Shown in pieces: positions 18,074 through 25,996 of a stretch of 64,000 bases of DNA. The notes under the pieces are model-generated. The model was not told where the DNA came from, did no database searches, and saw only the letters and a program-made list of their open reading frames with translations. Positions within the stretch are counted from its first letter, which is position 1; each line of letters begins with the position of its first letter. The translations under genes and the position numbers were made by a program. Source of the stretch: a virus; IMG/VR virus record IMGVR_UViG_3300010939_000019, positions 1 through 64,000 of that record; one strand, 5' to 3'.

Positions 18074-19272
18074 TGGCTCAGACATGGTTACGCAGTTGTA
18101 TCAAAGTTCCATATCCTGAACCACTGACTCGTACTGACCAGTATGGTTCTGGTGTACCTAACGGTGGCAACCCATACGGTAACTCTATGCAGTTTATTGT
18201 TAATCATGTTGTTGCTGGTATGTTCTCTAATGGTAACAAGCCTACTGATGTAATGCGAGCCAGAGGTAACTCTTGGTGTATCACTCTATATCGAAATGGT
18301 AGAGCTGAACAACACTTTCCGCTAGAAGCAATGTGTTGGCACGCAGGAGCAAAAGCTAACTACAGAGGTATTGGTATTGAATGGGAAGGTACAACAAGTC
18401 ACAGTGGCCCTACTGCTGCTCAGAAAGCTAAGGGTATAGAAGTAGAATCAGAGATTGCTCGATTTCGCGGTTGGACTAATGTTAAGAAAGGTTCAACTGG
18501 ATTCGAGCATAATTACTTTATGAGTACTGGCTGTCCTGGTTTTCCTATACCCTGGTCTGCTCTTGCAGTAGGAACTGCAGTTCAGACTCCAACTGGTATT
18601 TGGGATGATGTAATACCAGTAAATCTGTCTGTTATCTTATACACAGACACCAATCTTGTCAGATTACCTAGTGGAGCCTTTGTTAAGAAGTTAGTCAAAG
18701 GTACTAAGTTAGCAGTTAAAGGACTATGGAAGGGAACGCATTACATAACAGCATATTCGTATGATAGGAAAATCTCTAACGGATTTGCCAGAAGTGCAAC
18801 CATTGCTCCTTCCCCAACTCCATCGCCTCCACCATCATTCTGGGATGATATTAAACTGATCAATCAGTCTGTTAGTCTCTTTGAAGATGTAAACCTTGTT
18901 AAACTGCCAGAGAAAGTCTTTGTTAAGAAACTTCTAAAAGGCACAAAGTTAGCCGTTAAGGGATTATGGAAGAATTCATATTACATTACAGTATATTCAT
19001 TTGACCGTAAGATTCAGAATGGCTTTGCTATCTCAGCTACGATTCCTCCACCACTACCTCCTCCAGATGATTGTGCTAAATATAAAGAGGAAATAATCGC
19101 GCTTGGAAAAGAAATAGTAAGATTAAATGACCTATTAATTACTCTTAAGGCAGATCTAGCTCGATGTAATACTAATACTGCAGCACTAGAGACACAAATT
19201 AGTGATCTTGAGAAGGAGGCTGAAACGGTTAAGCAAGCTATCAAACTTCTAAATAACTACTCAACATCTTAA
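18073..19272 (+). CDS. endolysin: N-acetylmuramoyl-L-alanine amidase (Amidase_2/PGRP) with two SH3-like repeats and a coiled-coil tail
   Basis: FIVNHVVAG...WHAGAKANYRGIGIEWEG...TGCPG amidase_2 pattern. Two 80-aa repeats, Pro-rich linkers, C-terminal heptad region. Confidence 0.85.
   Translation: MAQTWLRSCIKVPYPEPLTRTDQYGSGVPNGGNPYGNSMQFIVNHVVAGMFSNGNKPTDVMRARGNSWCITLYRNGRAEQHFPLEAMCWHAGAKANYRGIGIEWEGTTSHSGPTAAQKAKGIEVESEIARFRGWTNVKKGSTGFEHNYFMSTGCPGFPIPWSALAVGTAVQTPTGIWDDVIPVNLSVILYTDTNLVRLPSGAFVKKLVKGTKLAVKGLWKGTHYITAYSYDRKISNGFARSATIAPSPTPSPPPSFWDDIKLINQSVSLFEDVNLVKLPEKVFVKKLLKGTKLAVKGLWKNSYYITVYSFDRKIQNGFAISATIPPPLPPPDDCAKYKEEIIALGKEIVRLNDLLITLKADLARCNTNTAALETQISDLEKEAETVKQAIKLLNNYSTS
18598..19077 (+). 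repeat. tandem 240-nt (80-aa) duplication encoding the cell-wall-binding repeats
   Basis: IWDDVIPVN...KGTKLAVKGLWKGTHYITAYSYDRKISNGFA versus FWDDIKLIN...KGTKLAVKGLWKNSYYITVYSFDRKIQNGFA. Confidence 0.8.
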
Positions 19273-19282
19273 GGAGATTGCT

Positions 19283-19573
19283 ATGGCACCAGAGAATGAG
19301 ACAGAACTTGTATTCAATGAAGAAGCATTTTATGAGACTACTCCTAAGACCTTAACTCTTACAGGGTCTACAAATAATAATGCTCTGCAAGATGGCTCTA
19401 TACGAGCTATGATTGTGGGTATCCCTGCTGGTATTCTATGGTTTCTACAGGCTGAATATAATATTCTATCTGACGACGGATATGCTGCTTTAGTGAGCCT
19501 AATGGTTCCAGCAGGTATTCTTATATGGTCTTTCTTTGATAAGTTCATTAAGCCAAAGCTTATTACTCCTTGA
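19283..19573 (+). CDS. holin candidate
   Basis: 96 aa directly after the endolysin, with two predicted TM helices (MIVGIPAGILWFL, LVSLMVPAGILIWSFF). Confidence 0.5.
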   Translation: MAPENETELVFNEEAFYETTPKTLTLTGSTNNNALQDGSIRAMIVGIPAGILWFLQAEYNILSDDGYAALVSLMVPAGILIWSFFDKFIKPKLITP

Positions 19574-19869
19574 TAAGAAGTAAACATGATATTCCTCACG
19601 GAGAAGCTATCAGCATTGCTATAGCATCCTGTGGTCATAACTTAGGGTGTGGATGCGATGGTGTATCTGAATGTTGCTTTAAATGTCCTCTTGAATACTG
19701 TCGATTTGAAGTAATAGGTGGACTAAAAGCAATACAGAATATAGACCGTAACAGGGAGATAATACAATTGTATAGGCAAGGACAAAACACAACTATTCTC
19801 TCTAGACAGTTTAATTTAAACAAGACAACTATACGTAGAATTGTGAAACATAATGGCAGATTGGATTAA
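19570..19869 (+). CDS. Cys-rich protein with C-terminal HTH
   Basis: ILSRQFNLNKTTIRRIVKH resolvase-like HTH. N-terminal CGCDGVSECCFKC. Confidence 0.4.
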   Translation: MIRSKHDIPHGEAISIAIASCGHNLGCGCDGVSECCFKCPLEYCRFEVIGGLKAIQNIDRNREIIQLYRQGQNTTILSRQFNLNKTTIRRIVKHNGRLD

Positions 19870-20959
19870 CTCTGATGGTAGAGTTAAGCTTCTACATGGT
19901 GACTGCGTACAACGTATGGAGGAGCTGCCATCTAACTCTATTGATGCTATAGTAACTGATCCTCCTTATGGTCTGCTTTTTATGGGGAAGAAATGGGATG
20001 ACATTTCTAGAGTTAAACTCTTCCACCATAAATGGGCTGTTCCTGCTCTGCGTGTACTGAAACCTGGAGGCTATATACTATCCTGTAGTGGAGATAGAAC
20101 ATATCACAGGATGGCAGTAGCTCTTGAAGATGTAGGATTTGATATTCGACATATGATTCTCTATCTGTATGGCTCTGGCTTTCCGAAAAGTCAAGATATA
20201 TCTAAATCTATAGATAAAAAGCTTGGAGCTGAACGAGAGAAGATACAGCCTGGAAATGCGCCTGCCTATCAACGCCGAATTGGTAATACTCGTCCCTGGA
20301 TGGACGATCCTGATCATAAAATAGATAGCTCTGTACCTATTTCAGATAAGGCTAAAGAATGGGAAGGTTGGGGAACAGCTCTTAAACCTGCTGTAGAACC
20401 TATCTGTCTGGCCCGAAAGCCTTTAAAAGAGAAGACAGTAGCTAGTAATGTGATTCATCATGGTACAGGTGGGCTTAATATAGATGCTAGTAGAATAGGT
20501 ACTGAAGATAATAGGCGCTATCCATCTAACGTTATTCTAGACAAAGAGGCTGCTCAGTTACTTGATAGTCAGAACGATCCTACCCAGTCCAGACGTAATG
20601 TCTTAACCAGTAAGCCTGGACAGATATATGGTGGTGGTGATGGTTTACCAAGCTTCACGGGTCTTTACAGCTTTGATGATTTTGGTGGGCCTTCGAGATT
20701 CTTTTATACAGCTAAGGCGTCTGTATCTGAACGTCGAGGGAGTCAGCATCCAACTATAAAGCCACTGGCACTTATGAAGTACTTAGTAACACTTATAACT
20801 CCTCCTGGTGGTACTGTGCTTGATCCTTTTGCTGGCTCTGGTACAACTTTAGAAGCTGCTTATACTCTTGGTTTTTCATCAGTGGGTATTGAAATGGACA
20901 TTGAGAACTTGACGACAATTATACGTAGACTTGAACAGATGAGTATGCAACTGGAGTAA
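19853..20959 (+). CDS. DNA methyltransferase, N6_N4 family (m6A or m4C)
   Basis: IVTDPPYG catalytic motif followed by the C-terminal LDPFAGSGTT AdoMet motif. Confidence 0.85.
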   Translation: MADWINSDGRVKLLHGDCVQRMEELPSNSIDAIVTDPPYGLLFMGKKWDDISRVKLFHHKWAVPALRVLKPGGYILSCSGDRTYHRMAVALEDVGFDIRHMILYLYGSGFPKSQDISKSIDKKLGAEREKIQPGNAPAYQRRIGNTRPWMDDPDHKIDSSVPISDKAKEWEGWGTALKPAVEPICLARKPLKEKTVASNVIHHGTGGLNIDASRIGTEDNRRYPSNVILDKEAAQLLDSQNDPTQSRRNVLTSKPGQIYGGGDGLPSFTGLYSFDDFGGPSRFFYTAKASVSERRGSQHPTIKPLALMKYLVTLITPPGGTVLDPFAGSGTTLEAAYTLGFSSVGIEMDIENLTTIIRRLEQMSMQLE

Positions 20960-20961
20960 CT

Positions 20962-21231
20962 ATGGCTGATTTATATCTAAGCCTAAGCTATAATGAGTAT
21001 AAGAAGCTTGAAGAACAGCTTAGAGACTGGGAAAATATAGAGACTGTACACATGACTATGGATGAACGCTTTTACCATAAGGCTCTGAGGCTGGATATGG
21101 GAGATATCGTTCTTGAGATTCAAGGGCCAAGAGTGATGGCTCCACCAATTGCAGATATGGATGATGATAAACAAAGAGCTGAAGATATAGTGGAACAGAT
21201 AAGAGCAGATAAGGAAACCTTGAATAGCTAG
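20962..21231 (+). CDS. hypothetical protein
   Basis: 89-aa ORF tightly packed after the methyltransferase. Confidence 0.5.
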   Translation: MADLYLSLSYNEYKKLEEQLRDWENIETVHMTMDERFYHKALRLDMGDIVLEIQGPRVMAPPIADMDDDKQRAEDIVEQIRADKETLNS

Positions 21232-21232
21232 A

Positions 21233-21302
21233 GTTCTCTGGTGCGCGGGGAGGCCGCGCAGGGGTCGTCGATGTCAGGGAAACCTGCTCCACGCTCCAGA
21301 AC
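21233..21302 (+). other. G+C-rich structured element after a stop codon
   Basis: 7-bp hairpin 21242-21260, 4-bp hairpin with a GAAA tetraloop 21275-21286, and closing helix 21233-21241/21296-21302. Confidence 0.4.
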
Positions 21303-21328
21303 ACTTTAGTTAGAAAGGAATTTATGAG

Positions 21329-21526
21329 TTGATAGTAATACAAAAAGACGAAGGCCCAGAAATGCGTTCAATAGATATAATACAACGCATTATAGACTTT
21401 CTAAGTCGTGTAACTGGTTGGCCTATGACTGTTAGTGAATATCCTATCCGCTGTAATATCTGTAAAGCTAAAACAAAAGGTAATATTATTATTGGCTACA
21501 GAATGGAGTGTAGAGAGAATCATTAA
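21329..21526 (+). CDS. hypothetical protein
   Basis: 65-aa ORF (TTG start). ATG alternative at 21362. Confidence 0.4.
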   Translation: MIVIQKDEGPEMRSIDIIQRIIDFLSRVTGWPMTVSEYPIRCNICKAKTKGNIIIGYRMECRENH

Positions 21527-21537
21527 GGAGAAGAATT

Positions 21538-21828
21538 ATGGCAAGGAATCCGCGCTTAGATCAGTCTAAGAATACTGTACAGGGTCTAGAACTAATGATA
21601 AAAAGTCTACAAGATCTTCTGATGGATGCTCGAACAGGTAGTAAAATAGTTAATGTAGTAATGGATTGTCACGCTGATACACAGCAGGGTGCTTCTCCTG
21701 GAGCAGATTCATGGGAAAATCTTTACACTGGTCTTCATAATTATATTTATAGAATAAATATAATTGATATAAAACAGTACGAAGAATATATAAAGAAATC
21801 AATATTGTGGTCTGCTCCAGTCAATTAG
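21538..21828 (+). CDS. hypothetical protein
   Basis: 96-aa ORF with RBS AAGGAG upstream. Confidence 0.5.
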   Translation: MARNPRLDQSKNTVQGLELMIKSLQDLLMDARTGSKIVNVVMDCHADTQQGASPGADSWENLYTGLHNYIYRINIIDIKQYEEYIKKSILWSAPVN

Positions 21829-21845
21829 CAAAAGGAGGATAAACT

Positions 21846-22166
21846 ATGCTCCAATCCTATGAGACTGCCTTCTTCGAAGATAAGAATACAGGTCTACCTT
21901 TAGGTGGCTTCGCCAAAGCTGTAGGTATAGATATACAGTTTCAACCTGGGCCTCTTAATGGTAAAGAGCCAACAGGTGCCTTTATCGAAACACTGATTTC
22001 TATAGTAGTAGATAGGCTTCAGTATTATCAAAAGGTAAATAATAACAGATTCAGATGCAGAGAGAACAGTCTAGCTATTACACATCTACAAGAGGCGCTA
22101 CACTGGCTTAATCATCGTACTAAAGATAGGATAACTAGAGGAGTAGAAGGTACACATAAGCCATGA
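21846..22166 (+). CDS. hypothetical protein
   Basis: 106-aa ORF with RBS AAAGGAGG. The C-terminal LQEALHWLNHRTKDRITRGVEGT looks like a conserved phage motif that I cannot name. Confidence 0.5.
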   Translation: MLQSYETAFFEDKNTGLPLGGFAKAVGIDIQFQPGPLNGKEPTGAFIETLISIVVDRLQYYQKVNNNRFRCRENSLAITHLQEALHWLNHRTKDRITRGVEGTHKP

Positions 22167-22306
22167 TTGTTCGCTGCTCTAAATGTCTATCAATCCTGAC
22201 CAAACATGATTTCCAGACTACTTAACTTGGTGGCCTTATTGTATCTGTATATCACTTTGCGGACGGTGTGAGCAGCGTCAAATTATTGAAGCGCTAGAGA
22301 AAATTA

Positions 22307-22528
22307 ATGCCAGTAAACTTAAATAACTGGAAAACTGTTCGTGGTTTTGTTGGAGCTGGAAGTCGTCTGCACTTAACACGAGTACAGGAGCGGGCACCTT
22401 ATAAAGAATCAGAGAAATCGTTATGTGGCATTGGCCCTGTAACTATCGAGCGATCTGACTGGCCTACTGACTGGAAGAAAACACCATTATGTATCAGATG
22501 TAAAAATCGTGAATTATCAAGAAGATGA
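22307..22528 (+). CDS. hypothetical protein
   Basis: 73-aa ORF. No motif. Confidence 0.4.
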   Translation: MPVNLNNWKTVRGFVGAGSRLHLTRVQERAPYKESEKSLCGIGPVTIERSDWPTDWKKTPLCIRCKNRELSRR

Positions 22529-22604
22529 TCTGTGTGGAGGAGGGAACCCAGGCATTGGCGACCCCTGATGTTGTCCCCCAGGGGCGAGCGGTAGCGAGCT
22601 AGAT

Positions 22605-22937
22605 ATGTATAGTTATTATCCAAGTTATCCAGATGGATGGGGGATATTCTCGTTTTGGATAAAACAGTGGGCATGCTGGACTTGTTCATGTTGTTGGTGG
22701 AGAGCACCAAAAAAGGAGAAGTCCGATATAGTTGTTCATCACAATAATATGAATAAGTCAGACTGTAGATCTGAAAACTTAAGAGTATTGTGTTGTGATT
22801 GTCATGATTTTATGCATGGAAGAAAGTTCTCAGTTCGTCGAATGAAAGTTGTTGTAAATCGTCGAGAGCAGGTGAAGAGACGAATGATGGGAAGATATGA
22901 TAATCAAGGCTGGCCTATAATTGAGTTAGCAGTATGA
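22605..22937 (+). CDS. HNH endonuclease-like protein
   Basis: VVHHNNMNKSDCRSENLRVLCCDCHDFMH. Confidence 0.6.
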   Translation: MYSYYPSYPDGWGIFSFWIKQWACWTCSCCWWRAPKKEKSDIVVHHNNMNKSDCRSENLRVLCCDCHDFMHGRKFSVRRMKVVVNRREQVKRRMMGRYDNQGWPIIELAV

Positions 22938-23260
22938 AGATTTACTTGGCAGGCCCATATACAGAAGGTGATGCTGCTCTGAATGTACGACGTATGATTG
23001 AGTTAGCGGAACTGATAGTAAAAGTAGGACATACGCCTTTTATTCCTCTTCTGTATCACTTCTGGCATTTTATGTCTCCTCATGATTATGGTTACTGGAT
23101 GGCTCTAGATCATGCTTGGATAGAAGCTTGTGACGCTCTTGTTTATCTTGATGGTGAATCTTCAGGAACACAAGAAGATATAACAGTAGCTGAAGAGCTA
23201 GGAATAGCTGTTTATTCTGAGCAGGAATTCTTTAACTGGGTTGCTAAGGGGCATAAATAG
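22934..23260 (+). CDS. nucleoside 2-deoxyribosyltransferase-like (DUF4406-like) protein
   Basis: MKIYLAGPYTEGD...CDALVYLDGESSGTQEDI pattern of the Rossmann-like N-deoxyribosyltransferase superfamily. Confidence 0.55.
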   Translation: MKIYLAGPYTEGDAALNVRRMIELAELIVKVGHTPFIPLLYHFWHFMSPHDYGYWMALDHAWIEACDALVYLDGESSGTQEDITVAEELGIAVYSEQEFFNWVAKGHK

Positions 23261-23272
23261 TCTCTAAAATAC

Positions 23273-23301
23273 TTGACAAGTATGCAGATGTATGCTATAC
23301 T
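23273..23301 (+). promoter_or_regulatory. conserved promoter copy
   Basis: TTGACA-agtatGCAGATGTATGc-TATACT, 6 nt upstream of the ATG at 23308. Confidence 0.55.
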
Positions 23302-23307
23302 TTTATT

Positions 23308-23547
23308 ATGGCAACAGGTGATATAGATATTAACTGTAAGCATAGAAAGCTAAAGTGTTCAGTAACATATTCGTCAGATCGTCAAGAAGATAAGGCTATT
23401 GTCTCATGTAAATTCTGTGGTTTCAGTATAGAAATAGTAGATAAAATGCTTACAGATGATATGATTAAGTATGAGTTTAATCTTGCTGTGAAGAATCTTC
23501 GGAAGGGCCGACGGATTTTCACAGGTGGTAATGGTCGCGTCTCTTAG
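23308..23547 (+). CDS. hypothetical Cys-containing protein
   Basis: 79-aa ORF. Confidence 0.5.
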   Translation: MATGDIDINCKHRKLKCSVTYSSDRQEDKAIVSCKFCGFSIEIVDKMLTDDMIKYEFNLAVKNLRKGRRIFTGGNGRVS

Positions 23548-23599
23548 TAGAGGAAAATCAAAGGCAGATCCTTGTATTATGTCAACTAAAATACATGGT

Positions 23600-23670
23600 G
23601 CCCAAAGATGGGTATATGTTTGGGCGCTATATTAACAAGACGCCCAAACATAGATTGACTTTTGGGCGTC
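23600..23670. promoter_or_regulatory. two palindromic operators GCCCAAA-N12-TTTGGGC
   Basis: Operator 1 is 23600-23625. Operator 2 is 23639-23670, with 10-bp arms GACGCCCAAA/TTTGGGCGTC. Centres are 42 bp apart. Confidence 0.55.
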
Positions 23671-23682
23671 ATGTGGTATACT
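23655..23682 (+). promoter_or_regulatory. promoter overlapped by operator 2
   Basis: TTGACT-16 nt-TATACT with TGg extended -10. The -35 lies inside the operator spacer. Confidence 0.5.
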
Positions 23683-23758
23683 AGATAGGATTGAACTTCG
23701 TATTACCTACGGTATATAGTTAATGCCCCGTAGTTACTAGTTGGCGAGATTATTTATT

Positions 23759-24277
23759 ATGAAGGAACTGCACTCAGTTAGAAGACGTGTTACTTGGAAG
23801 ATGGGAAAGATGTATGGACGTGGTTGGGTACAGGGTTCTATAGAAGCGAGTGCTGATGTTAAAGAACAATATCATTTGAGTGGGATAACTTATTCAGAGT
23901 TGTATAGGCTTCTTATAAATAGAGGAAGAGTTACAACACGGCGTAAAAGTTATCCAATGATTTTTTTAAATCTCTCATTGAAGGATGATGACTTCTATTA
24001 TATCAAATCGATATATGAGAAGCATAGATGGTCACGGTTTCAACAATGGGCTAAAGGAACTCAAATTCAGCTTATTTGGGAGGGTGAGAATGCTCAAGCT
24101 CTAATTAGGAAGCTTCAAAGGTATATTTCTGTTTTTGATAAGTCTGATGATCTTTCACTCGTCTTAGAGCGAAGAATCTTTAGAGTTATGAGTTTAGCGG
24201 CCCTTAAATGGATTCCAAAAGGAGGTCAGGATGTAATAGAAGAAGTAGATGTTCCTGAAGATATTTCAGTTTGGTAA
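23759..24277 (+). CDS. hypothetical protein
   Basis: ATG at 23759 (the track lists a TTG start at 23741). About 172 aa, basic. No confident motif. Confidence 0.5.
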   Translation: MKELHSVRRRVTWKMGKMYGRGWVQGSIEASADVKEQYHLSGITYSELYRLLINRGRVTTRRKSYPMIFLNLSLKDDDFYYIKSIYEKHRWSRFQQWAKGTQIQLIWEGENAQALIRKLQRYISVFDKSDDLSLVLERRIFRVMSLAALKWIPKGGQDVIEEVDVPEDISVW

Positions 24278-24298
24278 GTTATTAAGAAGGAGAAGTTA

Positions 24299-25084
24299 AT
24301 GCCATCTGATGCACAAGACGCATGGGAGACGGAAACACTAACACCTATCAACGATGCGGAAGTTACTGTCGTTGATGCTTATTTTGAAGAGGGAAAGTAT
24401 AGTACACAGATAGTTTTGGGAGTGAGAATAGATGTGCCTCATGACCCAGTGAATATCTCATTTGAGATTGCTAAGGTCTGGTACAGTTGTGGCTCAGATT
24501 GGGTTGTTCAAGACGCTGGTGCTAGTATTGTAAAGCCTACAGCAGACGCGAGCAAACCTGCTAAGATTCATGCTTCTAGTAACTATGGTAAGCTTATGGA
24601 TCGTGTACTGAAGATTGGTGTAGATATGCGTGGCCGTGGTAATCCTACTGAGGCTAAAGTATGGAAAGACTTGCGGTTTCATATGCAGCGAGAATCAGTG
24701 AAATATACTGGTCTTCCTACTGCTGAGGGTGGTACACAAGATGTAGATGCTTCTATTCTGCTTCCTGTTAGTCATCTTCCTGCTCTAGGTGCAGTTGCAA
24801 CGCCTGTAGTAGAGACGCCTGCAGCTACATCAACTTCTGTTGTTACACCTCCTGTGTCAGCATCTGTAGTAGACGGTTCAATAGAGAGTCATTTAATTTC
24901 TGTCCTTCTTGGTAAGAGTTCTGTAGTTGAGGCGAAACAAGCTGCAATGCGTGATTCTAGAATTGCAGCTGATGATGCTATTAGTTCTAGAATTCTAGAG
25001 AATCAGCTTATTGAGTCTTACTTTGAAGGTGATTCTCCAGTCCTTGTTATGGCTGATGATAAGATTGCGAGAGCCAGCGGATAG
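24299..25084 (+). CDS. hypothetical protein
   Basis: 261 aa, RBS AAGGAG. Central Ala/Val/Thr/Pro-rich linker. Sits upstream of the recombination genes. Confidence 0.5.
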   Translation: MPSDAQDAWETETLTPINDAEVTVVDAYFEEGKYSTQIVLGVRIDVPHDPVNISFEIAKVWYSCGSDWVVQDAGASIVKPTADASKPAKIHASSNYGKLMDRVLKIGVDMRGRGNPTEAKVWKDLRFHMQRESVKYTGLPTAEGGTQDVDASILLPVSHLPALGAVATPVVETPAATSTSVVTPPVSASVVDGSIESHLISVLLGKSSVVEAKQAAMRDSRIAADDAISSRILENQLIESYFEGDSPVLVMADDKIARASG

Positions 25085-25247
25085 CAGTAATTAGTTTATG
25101 CTGAAAGAACGTTCTGCACATGGCAGGAAGGTGAAGGCGATTGAGGTCGTCCTTCTGGCGGCAATTGCATTCTAATGATTACCGATAGTTAGAATATTAG
25201 CTGCTATAGTTTAAATCGCGGTAGAAACCAAGTATAAAAGGAGAAGC

Positions 25248-25610
25248 ATGCCCTTTAAAATTAGTGGTATTGAATTAGTTAGACGACTCAGAGTAAGAGT
25301 ACCAGAATACAGATCTATGGCAGAACATTGTACTCAGCACGCTGAGGAGATAAAAAAGAAACTTGATAATATTTCTGAAGCGGTTGGCCATGAAAGGGTA
25401 CAGATTATGCCTATGCCGAATCCTGATCAGATGTGGTTATCTTGTGCTGAGTCTTGTAGTGCTAGAGCTGATGATCTCATGTGGCTTAGTGACTCTATAG
25501 TAGAAGATCAAGTGCATGAGGTCACTGGAGATGAATTGCTAAATTTAGGTATTGTGGGTGCTATTGGTGAGTCTAGTTTAGACTTATTTGAAGATGAGCC
25601 AGGCGAATAA
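25248..25610 (+). CDS. hypothetical protein
   Basis: 120-aa ORF with RBS AAAGGAG. Confidence 0.5.
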   Translation: MPFKISGIELVRRLRVRVPEYRSMAEHCTQHAEEIKKKLDNISEAVGHERVQIMPMPNPDQMWLSCAESCSARADDLMWLSDSIVEDQVHEVTGDELLNLGIVGAIGESSLDLFEDEPGE

Positions 25611-25764
25611 TTGTTCTCATGTTTGCACAGGGCCGCATGGATCAAGATATTCTGAACAGTTTAAGTTAATGTGTCATACTGTATGTCCTGGCTGTAAAAG
25701 GCCAATCAAGTATGGAGAGCTAAATAATCATCGAGTTAGGGAATGTCATGCTGAGTCTAAGTGA
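25594..25764 (+). CDS. small zinc-finger protein
   Basis: 56-aa ORF below the cutoff, CSHVC...CHTVCPGC...HRVRECH. Overlaps both neighbouring genes. Confidence 0.3.
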   Translation: MSQANNCSHVCTGPHGSRYSEQFKLMCHTVCPGCKRPIKYGELNNHRVRECHAESK

Positions 25765-25996
25765 CCAGGGTATTGTTCTTGAAGAAGATTGGGGTTGGCC
25801 TGTTAGCATTGTTGAGATGACAGAAGATGGAGAGTCGCTTTTCTTCATGGTCTGGTGCGCTCAAAAAGACGGTGATAGTCAGTGTGAGTGTCAGCCTACT
25901 CCTCCTGTAGGAACAGCAACAACGAAAGAAGGTGCTCTTGAAGCATGGCGATTTCAACACTTCGAGAAACGCTATCAAGGTAGGCGACGACAGTAA
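25748..25996 (+). CDS. hypothetical protein
   Basis: 82-aa ORF. Confidence 0.45.
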   Translation: MLSLSDQGIVLEEDWGWPVSIVEMTEDGESLFFMVWCAQKDGDSQCECQPTPPVGTATTKEGALEAWRFQHFEKRYQGRRRQ

